Virus record (IMG/VR): IMGVR_UViG_3300032240_001991
Coordinates: 1 to 64,000 of that record
Length of the DNA stretch: 64,000 nt
Direction: 5' to 3' (one strand)
This document shows positions 1-8,426 of the stretch, piece after piece; positions within the stretch are counted from its first letter, which is position 1, and each line of letters starts with the position of its first letter. The notes beneath the pieces are model-generated. The model did no database searches, had not been told where the DNA came from, and was given only the letters and a program-made list of their open reading frames with translations. A program made the position numbers and the translations under genes.

Positions 1-825
1 CTTGGTCCATTAGGCCCATTAGGTCCAATTGGTCCACAGGGTGTTCAGGGCCCACTTGGTCCGTTAGGTCCAATAGGCCCGCAAGGTACTCAAGGTCCAA
101 TAGGCCCGCAAGGTACTCAAGGCCCACTTGGTCCAATAGGATTCTCAGGCAGTCAAGGCCGAGATGGCCCATTAGGTCCACTTGGTCCACTAGGCCCATT
201 AGGTCCAATAGGATTTATTGGTAGCCAAGGTATTGGTCCAATTGGATTTATTGGTAGCCGTGGACCAGTTGGTCCACTAGGTCCGCAAGGTACTCAAGGC
301 CCACTTGGTCCGTTAGGCCCAATAGGATTTATTGGTAGCTTTGGAAACCTAGGTCCTCTAGGTCCTGCAGGACCCGGTACTAGTATCAATGCTACTGCGT
401 CAACGGCGGCAGGACCCTTCTTTGTTGTAGGCGTATCCGCTGCTGGCGGAGCAACACCTACTATATCAACAACCAGTCCTATCTCATTTAACGCAACTAG
501 CGGTACATTAAGTGCTGTAATACTTAATGCTACCTCAGATATTAATAAGAAAGTTAATATTTCTCAAATTAATAATGGATTAGAAATTGTAAATAGCTTG
601 ACAGGTGTTAAGTTTAACTGGAAACAAAATCAACTACCAAGTGCGGGACTAATTGCACAAGAAGTTGAACAAGTTCTGCCAGAATTGGTGTCAATTGATC
701 CAGACGGCAGCAAGGCACTTAACTATAACGGTATAATTGGTGCACTAGTTGAAGCAGTTAAGAGCTTAACCACAGAAGTTAATTCGTTGAAGCTAGAAAT
801 TGTAAATATTAAGAAAGGAAAGTAA
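1..825 (+). CDS. Collagen-like tail fibre/spike protein, 3' part (5'-truncated), with C-terminal peptidase S74-like intramolecular chaperone
   Basis: Frame 1 is open from base 1 and reads GPL/GPI/GPQ Gly-X-Y triplets to ~375. It then reads TSDINKKVNI...LTGVKFNW...AGLIAQEVEQVLPELV...LNYNGIIGALVEAVK plus a coiled coil, typical of S74 chaperone domains. The ORF-track start at 598 is internal. Confidence 0.85.
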   Translation, partial: LGPLGPLGPIGPQGVQGPLGPLGPIGPQGTQGPIGPQGTQGPLGPIGFSGSQGRDGPLGPLGPLGPLGPIGFIGSQGIGPIGFIGSRGPVGPLGPQGTQGPLGPLGPIGFIGSFGNLGPLGPAGPGTSINATASTAAGPFFVVGVSAAGGATPTISTTSPISFNATSGTLSAVILNATSDINKKVNISQINNGLEIVNSLTGVKFNWKQNQLPSAGLIAQEVEQVLPELVSIDPDGSKALNYNGIIGALVEAVKSLTTEVNSLKLEIVNIKKGK

Positions 826-828
826 TGA

Positions 829-1698
829 ATGCCATCTAATATACTAACTGGCTCGCCCGGTGTAGACATAGATAATAAACTTGCTCCATATGTTACTGGA
901 GGTAGTTACGGAGCAATACCTGCTGCTGCTGCTACAGGTATAACATCTGCTACATTTGATCTTAATACTAGATTTGCAGCTATTGCGAGAGGTACATCTT
1001 GGACTACTGCAACCAATATACAAAAAGCCGGGGCTGACATTAATACTATATTTGCTGGAAAAGGAACCGCAGTACTATCGTTTACTTCTACACAGGCTAC
1101 TAACGCAACTCCAATTAGCGGAACATTTACTATACCAACTATTTCGCCATCAAGTAGTGCAACTCTAGTTGTATATATGGCTGGAGGTGCAGGCGGAGGT
1201 GGCGCCGGTGTTACAACTGGTGGTAAACCCAACACAAACTACGGTGGTGGTGGCGGAGGTTCGTCTGCAATTTATAGATTTAACTATTCATTAACTTCAG
1301 CAAATAGCAGTCAAACTATAACTTATACCGCAGGTGGAGCTGGAACAACATCAACTGTTTCGGGAGGTAGCGGTAATCCTGGAGCATCTAGTGCTATTAC
1401 GGGAGGAACATTTAGTCCTACTTTATGGAATATTCCCGGAGGGGGCGGTGGTGGTGGTGCAACGGTAGCACCTGCTGCTGGCGGATCAGGAGGCTCAGCA
1501 GGCGGAGGATCTACAACAGGCACTTTAGTTGTAGTTGGACAAGCAGGAACTGCTGGCGCAGCTGGAACAACTGGTACAGGAGGAACCACATCATCTAATA
1601 GTATCGTAAGCACAGGTGGGCGAGGAGGATCCTCTGGATCATTGTTTAATGCAACTACCGGAACCGGGGGCCTTGTTGTTTTTACAATACTTTATTAA
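829..1698 (+). CDS. Glycine-rich virion (tail-fibre-associated) protein
   Basis: GGAGGGG/GGGGGG runs and a C-terminal GTGGLVVF motif; directly follows the fibre gene. Confidence 0.65.
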   Translation: MPSNILTGSPGVDIDNKLAPYVTGGSYGAIPAAAATGITSATFDLNTRFAAIARGTSWTTATNIQKAGADINTIFAGKGTAVLSFTSTQATNATPISGTFTIPTISPSSSATLVVYMAGGAGGGGAGVTTGGKPNTNYGGGGGGSSAIYRFNYSLTSANSSQTITYTAGGAGTTSTVSGGSGNPGASSAITGGTFSPTLWNIPGGGGGGGATVAPAAGGSGGSAGGGSTTGTLVVVGQAGTAGAAGTTGTGGTTSSNSIVSTGGRGGSSGSLFNATTGTGGLVVFTILY

Positions 1699-1710
1699 AA
1701 TGGAAAATTT

Positions 1711-2028
1711 ATGTTAACAAAAATTAGCAATGTTAAACTATATTTTGGTCTTACTGACACAGGATTACCAGATTGTTATGCCTGTAGAGATATTTTAGAT
1801 CAAGAACAAATTAGTTATGATATTATTCATTATACTGATGCTGCTCAATATAGCTTTGTATTTTCAGCTATAAATTCGTGGGGACTTGGCGAAGTAACAG
1901 ATTTTCCTTTTGTTACATGGGACGAAGAGTACGACGATCGTCCGGGGGAAGGATTTTGTAATATGGCTATAGGATCAACAGCACTACAATCAAGCACATT
2001 AGTTCAAAATAAAGGATTAATTCTATGA
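1711..2028 (+). CDS. Glutaredoxin/thioredoxin-fold-like small protein
   Basis: CYAC (CxxC) near the N-terminus and an FPFV cis-Pro-like motif; paralog of 2025..2348. Confidence 0.45.
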   Translation: MLTKISNVKLYFGLTDTGLPDCYACRDILDQEQISYDIIHYTDAAQYSFVFSAINSWGLGEVTDFPFVTWDEEYDDRPGEGFCNMAIGSTALQSSTLVQNKGLIL

Positions 2029-2348
2029 GTAATTTAGTTAAAATTTCTAACGTTACTATGTACTTTGGAGAAAATAATTTTTCAGAGCAATTTCAATGCA
2101 AAAATTTCTTAGATTCTAATAATATTCTTTATTCAAAAGTTATGATTATGGCAAATCCAAGTGATTTCTTTACATCTATGAGTCAAAATGTGTTTGGTGA
2201 TCTTTTTACGATGTATACCTTTTCTTCTTTTCCTATAATCACATGGACTGAATATTATGACGACTATGATAGATTTGATAACGTTTCTCAAAGTTTTTCA
2301 GAATTAACAACTAGTACACTAGTTACAAATGCTTCTTTAATTCGTTAA
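2025..2348 (+). CDS. Glutaredoxin-fold-like small protein (paralog of 1711..2028, single Cys)
   Basis: Shares KISNV.(L/M)YFG and FP(F/I)(V/I)TW.E.YDD motifs; ATGA overlap. Confidence 0.45.
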   Translation: MSNLVKISNVTMYFGENNFSEQFQCKNFLDSNNILYSKVMIMANPSDFFTSMSQNVFGDLFTMYTFSSFPIITWTEYYDDYDRFDNVSQSFSELTTSTLVTNASLIR

Positions 2349-2354
2349 TATAGC

Positions 2355-3044
2355 ATGTCTAATCCTTTTGATTTTTTTGATGAAATTTATTGTATAAATT
2401 TACCTAGCTCTGTTGAAAGATGGAATACGGTATCAGAAACATTCACTAAGTTAGGGATAATGCCTCGAGTTAAAAGAATTGTAGCAAGACCTCCAGATGC
2501 AGATATAATACAGGCTACTCCTGAAGGGCTGTTAAGATTAGGTATAAATTTTAATCCTATTGGAATGCTGGGCTGTAGCTTAAGCCATCTAAAAATTTTA
2601 ACTAAAGTTTTGAATAATCGTTCAAGTAATGTTTTAATCTTTGAAGACGATGTAATGTTTACTGATGTTTTTTCTTTTGAAAAATTAAATAACGCTATTT
2701 TAGAATTACCACCAACTTGGGATATCTTATTTTTAGGTGCTGATCCTGTACAACCAACTTTAAAATATTCAGAAAATCTTATTAAAGTTACTCATACATG
2801 GGGAAGCTATGCATATGCACTCAATCAGAAATGTATTTCACATATTTGTACTACAACAATAGATAATCTTACACAAGGTGGGCTTGATTATTGTTTATCA
2901 ATTTTTAGTTCAGACCTACTAGAAAAATTTTGCATTACTCCGCGAATGTGCACAGATTCGCCAGGAGTAAGTACAATGGACGGAATTTATCATGACTGGA
3001 ACATTGAATCAAATGCCAGATGGAACGAATTTGTGCCAAAATAA
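2355..3044 (+). CDS. Glycosyltransferase family 25
   Basis: IYCINL...ERW, GCSLSHL, LIFEDD and WDILFLG motifs. Confidence 0.85.
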   Translation: MSNPFDFFDEIYCINLPSSVERWNTVSETFTKLGIMPRVKRIVARPPDADIIQATPEGLLRLGINFNPIGMLGCSLSHLKILTKVLNNRSSNVLIFEDDVMFTDVFSFEKLNNAILELPPTWDILFLGADPVQPTLKYSENLIKVTHTWGSYAYALNQKCISHICTTTIDNLTQGGLDYCLSIFSSDLLEKFCITPRMCTDSPGVSTMDGIYHDWNIESNARWNEFVPK

Positions 3045-3054
3045 ATTAAAAGAC

Positions 3055-3540
3055 TTACTTTACAAATTGTCCGTGTTTTATAAGAATAATTTTAGCATCA
3101 CCAGATAATTCAATATCGTACTCTCTTGGTTTTAAATAATTTAATGCTCTAAGCGTTTTTCTATCTCCTGTACATTTACCTAATACACAATAAGCACCTA
3201 TGCCTTTTGGTAAAATAAATGTATCAGTAAGCCTTATAAATTCTGCTGTATAAGGTTTATAACTTGAAAAACATAACCAAGTCGTATCCTGAGGAAATAA
3301 CTCGTATGTATCAAAATTTAAAACAACACTGGTGTTTAAAAAAAATTCACCTTCAAAGATGTTGTTTAATTGAGCTGTTTTAGTTCTATATTCTTCTAAC
3401 CTTCCTCTATACATATAAGTAGCAAATAAATTTTTATCATATTCTCCTTGTCCTACTTCCCATATTCGACTACTATGATCGTTATGACCAACGACATTAA
3501 CTACAAACCCTGAATATTGAACAGTTAGAGTAGAGATCAT
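3055..3540 (-). CDS. Hypothetical protein
   Basis: 161-aa ORF coupled (ATGA overlap) to the upstream GNAT gene. Confidence 0.6.
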   Translation of the reverse strand: MISTLTVQYSGFVVNVVGHNDHSSRIWEVGQGEYDKNLFATYMYRGRLEEYRTKTAQLNNIFEGEFFLNTSVVLNFDTYELFPQDTTWLCFSSYKPYTAEFIRLTDTFILPKGIGAYCVLGKCTGDRKTLRALNYLKPREYDIELSGDAKIILIKHGQFVK

Positions 3541-4139
3541 AACTCAAAACTAAGCGGTTTAGCTTGCCCTTTTATATGACCTGATTGATTTATGGGCGTT
3601 GAAAACATTTCTAAAGTACTTAATAAGATATTAGTTGTAACTTCGCTAGCTTGATCTACATTAATATCTTGTAATAGTTTTAACCTTGCTGCATAATGCA
3701 AATAATCGTTATTATAAAGAATACTGATATTTAACGAGGATTCAAAATCAAACTCATTGTTGCGCGCATCATATGTGCCAACGACAATGTGCGACATGTT
3801 TATAATTTTCTTCCATATTGAGTTTGAATTTTTAGTCATCATAAAATCATTAACTACTGTGTATTTTTCTTTTTCTAAAAGATATCTATAAAAAAATGTA
3901 CCAATTCCTTGATTTTGATATGAATTGAGAACATGTATTTCGTACGCTTTAACGCAGTTCTTATAATCACGCATCTTCATTAACCAAAAATATCCTATCA
4001 AATTTTCATTATCGTACATTCCGTAATATATAGAAATATCAGTAATTTTTCGTTTTAATAAAAATTTATTAAAGAATGCAACTTCTGTTGCTCCTAAGAA
4101 CAGTTGAGATGCTTCGTCAAAATTTCTGAGATCTGTCAT
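3537..4139 (-). CDS. GNAT-family acetyltransferase
   Basis: IHVLNSYQNQGIGTFFY acetyl-CoA-binding motif A; start placed at MTDLRN (TAATG overlap with upstream stop). Confidence 0.7.
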   Translation of the reverse strand: MTDLRNFDEASQLFLGATEVAFFNKFLLKRKITDISIYYGMYDNENLIGYFWLMKMRDYKNCVKAYEIHVLNSYQNQGIGTFFYRYLLEKEKYTVVNDFMMTKNSNSIWKKIINMSHIVVGTYDARNNEFDFESSLNISILYNNDYLHYAARLKLLQDINVDQASEVTTNILLSTLEMFSTPINQSGHIKGQAKPLSFEL

Positions 4140-5416
4140 TAACCACATAATTTTTTTAACTCTTCTAATGCAGTTTCTATGTTTTGATAAACTAAAATTT
4201 TATTTTTGCGCAACACACGTATTCCAGGCGAATTGTTATGCCTACATACAAAAGCTGCTAGTTTACCGGTTAATAACTTTGCTATTTTTTTAGCAAATTC
4301 TTTTTCTTTCTTAGGATCTTCTTGCCCTGTTAAAAATAAAATTATTAAAAACGCATCTATACTAGTCTCATCTGCTAATAAAGAAATAATCTGATACGTT
4401 TTTTCAGAAAATCCAGCCGAAATACCAATTAAATCTATAGGATTGTTAATTTGGTTATTTGATCGATTTAAAATTTCTTGTATTTTTTGAACATCCGTTG
4501 TTGATATGTCAGTTAAATCAAATCCTTTAATTTCAGACTCACCGGCAGCAATTACTCCAAGCCCTCCGGTGTCGGTTATAATCATAATTTTCTTCTTTTC
4601 TTTTTGAAAATTATTAATAATAAGTAACGCAAATTCTTGAAGTGTAGATGCAACAACTGAATCAGCAATATTAATATTACCTAATTTAGACCCAGTATGC
4701 AATAAAGATGCTCTTTTTGATGCATTAGTAATCTTTGGTGATAAAAGTATCAGCGGTTTTGTTAATTTTATAAACGGAAGATTTATGCTTTCTTCTAAAT
4801 ATATAGCAATAACTTTAGTATCTTGATCTAAATTTAAGTAATCAATCATTGACGGAACTAGCGAAGTTTGATTTCCAATAGAAATAATTTTTGAAAATCC
4901 TAGTCCTGATGATGTTGTCATGCGCTCATGAAGATCAGCAATTACTCCGCCGCTCTGGGATATCATCCCAACGCTACCTGATACTGGAGATATTATTGGT
5001 AAACATTGAAACTTTTTTGACCAGACTCCTGCACAATTTGGGCCAATAAGCATACTACCTGCTTGAGAAATTTTTGATTTTATTCTGTTTTCAATATCAT
5101 AATTTCCGGTCTCTCGAAAACCAGTTGTAATTCCAATGATAACTTTTGTTCCGTGATTTAACAACTCGTCAATAACGGTTTCAAACACATACAGAGGAAC
5201 GGTAACAATAGCAACATCAATCTTTTCAGGTATTTCAGAAATTGAAGATAAAGAACGCTGATTAAAAATTAGTTCTCTTTGACGATTAATAAGATATACA
5301 TTTTTATCTTCAGTGTTTAATAATACTTGTTCAGTAATCCAATTTCCCCATTTTGTTACATTAGCAGACGCACCTACAACTGCAACAGATTTTGGAGAAA
5401 ATAAAACATCAAACAC
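4139..5416 (-). CDS. NDP-forming acyl-CoA synthetase (acetate-CoA ligase) alpha-subunit-like, CoA-binding protein
   Basis: LFSPKSVAVVGAS, LIGPNCAG, ISQSGG, ISIGN, LHTGS (phospho-His position), TDTGGLGV and NNPIDL motifs; GTG start at 5416 overlaps the upstream stop. Confidence 0.85.
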   Translation of the reverse strand: MFDVLFSPKSVAVVGASANVTKWGNWITEQVLLNTEDKNVYLINRQRELIFNQRSLSSISEIPEKIDVAIVTVPLYVFETVIDELLNHGTKVIIGITTGFRETGNYDIENRIKSKISQAGSMLIGPNCAGVWSKKFQCLPIISPVSGSVGMISQSGGVIADLHERMTTSSGLGFSKIISIGNQTSLVPSMIDYLNLDQDTKVIAIYLEESINLPFIKLTKPLILLSPKITNASKRASLLHTGSKLGNINIADSVVASTLQEFALLIINNFQKEKKKIMIITDTGGLGVIAAGESEIKGFDLTDISTTDVQKIQEILNRSNNQINNPIDLIGISAGFSEKTYQIISLLADETSIDAFLIILFLTGQEDPKKEKEFAKKIAKLLTGKLAAFVCRHNNSPGIRVLRKNKILVYQNIETALEELKKLCG

Positions 5417-5981
5417 GAATAATATCCCATCTTGCAACAGTGTACGGAGCATTTAATCTAAAATGAGTTCCAATATGTATCTTAGTACGTACAAATCCTA
5501 ACTTTTCAAACATTTTGTCGTATTCTTCAACTGATCGATGATATACTCCATATGGGTATGGTATACCTCTATAAGACCTTTCCATAATTTCTGCTAATAC
5601 AACGGTGTTGGTATTTTCGCATAGCCTTAGTATAATTTGATCTATTTCTTGATCATTAACCAGATGAGGACCGTTAATAAACATAGTTGTTTGACAAGGC
5701 GGTAATTCTAAAAAATTCCATGGTAAAAATCTATAAGATGGGTTTATGCGGGTTGCTTTTTTAACTGCTGACTCGCATATATCAAACCCAATATATGTTA
5801 ACGGATTAAAATTTTTAGCTAATCGACCATACCCACATCCAACATCTCTAACTGGGGAATCCCCAACAAATTCCATAACCGCTTTTACATTTTCTTCACC
5901 TTCGTAATATTCGTGACCGGTTGACCAACGAAAATAATTAATTCCTTCAGTTTTCCAAAAATTTACATCTATAGAAGTCAT
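5409..5981 (-). CDS. Class I SAM-dependent methyltransferase
   Basis: VRDVGCGYGR motif I and YIGFDI motif II; ATGA overlap start at 5981. Confidence 0.8.
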   Translation of the reverse strand: MTSIDVNFWKTEGINYFRWSTGHEYYEGEENVKAVMEFVGDSPVRDVGCGYGRLAKNFNPLTYIGFDICESAVKKATRINPSYRFLPWNFLELPPCQTTMFINGPHLVNDQEIDQIILRLCENTNTVVLAEIMERSYRGIPYPYGVYHRSVEEYDKMFEKLGFVRTKIHIGTHFRLNAPYTVARWDIIRV

Positions 5982-6736
5982 AGCTGATCCCATCCTCTTG
6001 CTATTAAATTATTTTTAAAGTCAATAGGAATTCTATCTAACACATCTAATTCTAATTTTCTTAAAAGGTCAGGTGGCGGTAATTCTTTATTTTTTACAGT
6101 TTCATATGTATTAACTTTTTCTTGAGGAAGACTTGTAACTGTTGGGAGAGAAAAGAAATTTAACATATCATTAAAATGATTCACGTCTAAAATTTTGTCA
6201 ATATTTGTTTCCCAACACAACGATCCTTTCTCTTTTGCGTAATTGTAATAATACTGTGCTCTTTTTTCGCATTCGCATGCATACCAAAAACAAAGTTGAT
6301 AGGTATGCGCCTTTTCCCAATTAGCAAACGGCAAAACATTTGGTTCGTTTGGAATATTAAACCAGCACATATAACCAGGATGTTTTCCAGGAATCCAATT
6401 TAGTTGAAAAAGGCTTGATGCTATTTTTCTAGGATTCCTACGCAATATCACAATTGTTGGAATTATGCCAAAGTCGTAAAAATATTCAAGACATCCCTTA
6501 GATACTGATTGATCTGTATTTGTGTAAGTTTTTCCTGGTAATTGTTGAATGTAGTTAAGATGTTCCTTAACAAATTTTTTTCCAATTTCAGGATTTAAAA
6601 TGTTTGCCTGTCTTACTGAGCTAAAGCTAGGTTCTCTTTCATGTTCTGAAAAATTATTAGGAACTTGAGCAAACAATCTGCTAAGTAAAAAAGTTCCAGA
6701 TCTTCCTGAAGAAATTGTTAGAGTAATTGGTTTCAT
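5978..6736 (-). CDS. Sulfotransferase-family (P-loop) protein
   Basis: ISSGRSGTFLL 5'-phosphosulfate-binding-like loop and LRRNPRKIASS 3'-phosphate-binding-like motif. Confidence 0.65.
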   Translation of the reverse strand: MKPITLTISSGRSGTFLLSRLFAQVPNNFSEHEREPSFSSVRQANILNPEIGKKFVKEHLNYIQQLPGKTYTNTDQSVSKGCLEYFYDFGIIPTIVILRRNPRKIASSLFQLNWIPGKHPGYMCWFNIPNEPNVLPFANWEKAHTYQLCFWYACECEKRAQYYYNYAKEKGSLCWETNIDKILDVNHFNDMLNFFSLPTVTSLPQEKVNTYETVKNKELPPPDLLRKLELDVLDRIPIDFKNNLIARGWDQL

Positions 6737-7326
6737 TATATTTCAATATACGATGAGTTAGCAATTGGTTTTTGCAAAGGGTCATATGCAAAACAAGTTA
6801 AAGAATATTTAATTCCTCTTTTAAGAGTATCGGTATGATGCCGATGAGTGAGCACTCCGGGCCAAAAAATTGCAGTACCTACAGGTAAATCTTTTGTGTT
6901 AAAGTTTTGACGAGGAAAATATAAATCACACCCACTAAAATCGTTATTAAGTTTAATATTACAAGAAATTAGACCAATATCAATATGAGACCTAATTTTA
7001 ACTGCGGTATCTAGGCTATATCGAAGGAAGTACGGACTAAAAAGTTTAAGATCATAAAAGAACCATTCTTTTTTAAGAAGTGGAACAACTTTAGTAAGAT
7101 AGTGATTTTTAAATTCTACAGTAAATTCTTGATCAAATGTAATTGAGTTTAAGTAGTATGTACTAAAATTCATGTCTACAGGATCTGGCGCAAACTGATG
7201 TTTTTGATTTTCAAGTCTTTCTACTAAATCTTGACAAAATTCTTTTGTCCAAAAAGGACATATTAGAATATCGTCTTTAATAGTATATTCTCCAAAATTA
7301 GAATCAATGGCACTAGTGTAATTCAT
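6736..7326 (-). CDS. 2OG-Fe(II) oxygenase, PLOD/lysyl-hydroxylase-like
   Basis: PFWTKEFC, YFLRY, HID, CNIKLNNDFSG, WPGVLTHRH and GIKYSL; HxD...H facial triad. Confidence 0.8.
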   Translation of the reverse strand: MNYTSAIDSNFGEYTIKDDILICPFWTKEFCQDLVERLENQKHQFAPDPVDMNFSTYYLNSITFDQEFTVEFKNHYLTKVVPLLKKEWFFYDLKLFSPYFLRYSLDTAVKIRSHIDIGLISCNIKLNNDFSGCDLYFPRQNFNTKDLPVGTAIFWPGVLTHRHHTDTLKRGIKYSLTCFAYDPLQKPIANSSYIEI

Positions 7327-7928
7327 GGTTTAAGAACAAAACTAACACCTGACGGATCAAACCATTGAAGAGGCGGCCAAGAAAAAGATACAAACGTATA
7401 TTTTTTCCCTTTAGTAAGTTCAGTTACATAATGAGGATGAGTTAGCATTCCCGGCCATATCATTGCATAACCAATTGGAACATCTTGTCCGCAAAACTTT
7501 TGTCGAGGAAAATGTAACTCACAGCCTTCATAATCGTCGTTTATTCTCATGTTTATAGTAATAACACCTTCGTCTGTATGTTTTAAAAGATCTCGATTTT
7601 CGTCCATTGAATAACGAACAAAATATGGAGTAAAAACACCAGGGACGTCCATTTGAACTGCTCGTTGAATCATCCATTCTTTTTTTAACATAGGAATAAT
7701 ACTATTTTTATAATGATCGGCAAAAGATACGACGTAATCTCGTCCTATATCATTTAATCTTAGTATGCGCATGTCGTCATAGGTAGTAACAAATCGGTCT
7801 GAATACCTTTCACATGCCTCAACCATTTCGGCACAAAATTCCTTTGTCCAAAAAGGAGTCACAATAATATCATTATGGATTTCATATTTTCCAAAATCAG
7901 GATGCAGACCGCTGTGGTAATGATTCAT
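7323..7928 (-). CDS. 2OG-Fe(II) oxygenase, PLOD/lysyl-hydroxylase-like (paralog)
   Basis: PFWTKEFCAEMVE, YFVRY, HTD, ITINMRINDDYEG, WPGMLTHPH and GKKYTFVSF. Confidence 0.8.
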   Translation of the reverse strand: MNHYHSGLHPDFGKYEIHNDIIVTPFWTKEFCAEMVEACERYSDRFVTTYDDMRILRLNDIGRDYVVSFADHYKNSIIPMLKKEWMIQRAVQMDVPGVFTPYFVRYSMDENRDLLKHTDEGVITINMRINDDYEGCELHFPRQKFCGQDVPIGYAMIWPGMLTHPHYVTELTKGKKYTFVSFSWPPLQWFDPSGVSFVLKP

Positions 7929-7985
7929 ACCTTACTCTTTTAATAATATACCTATTTATTTTCTAATAAAAAAGAATAAAATATT

Positions 7986-8426
7986 TTAAATTAATTCTAG
8001 CAATAACTCTAACTTAGTTTTAATGATCTTATTTGAAAGAGAAGTCTTAACACCGCGATGCAAGGGTTTAGGCCATGCATCATAATCGCACCATGCATAT
8101 CCTTGATGTTCAGAATTTAATACAGGAATAAATTCTTTATCTACCAACAACACATAGGTATTATACTGAAATCTCTGGTCCCTACTAACAAATAACTCTA
8201 AGGGAATTACTTTACTAATAGGCGGAGGGTTGCCTACCTCTTCAGCTACTTCTCTCATAAGAGTATCGTAAGGAGTAAAATCGGTTGGATCTTTTTTGCC
8301 TCCAATCAGTCCCCATGTATTGGCTGTTTTTCCGTGTGCCCTTAATAGAAATAAAAATCGTTTAGTATCTTTAGCTAAAAATAATCCGCCTGCACAGTTT
8401 ATTTCTATCATAATATCATACGCCAA
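7986..8426 (-). CDS. NUDIX hydrolase
   Basis: WGLIGGKK....TLMREVAEEVG Nudix box. Confidence 0.85.
   Translation of the reverse strand: MAYDIMIEINCAGGLFLAKDTKRFLFLLRAHGKTANTWGLIGGKKDPTDFTPYDTLMREVAEEVGNPPPISKVIPLELFVSRDQRFQYNTYVLLVDKEFIPVLNSEHQGYAWCDYDAWPKPLHRGVKTSLSNKIIKTKLELLLELI

Noticed and set aside
906-1613. Minus-strand Pro-rich ORFs (906..1235, 1323..1613) and nested + ORF 956..1168
   Set aside because: Shadows of the Gly-rich + strand gene (GGN codons read as CCN antisense); no independent signals
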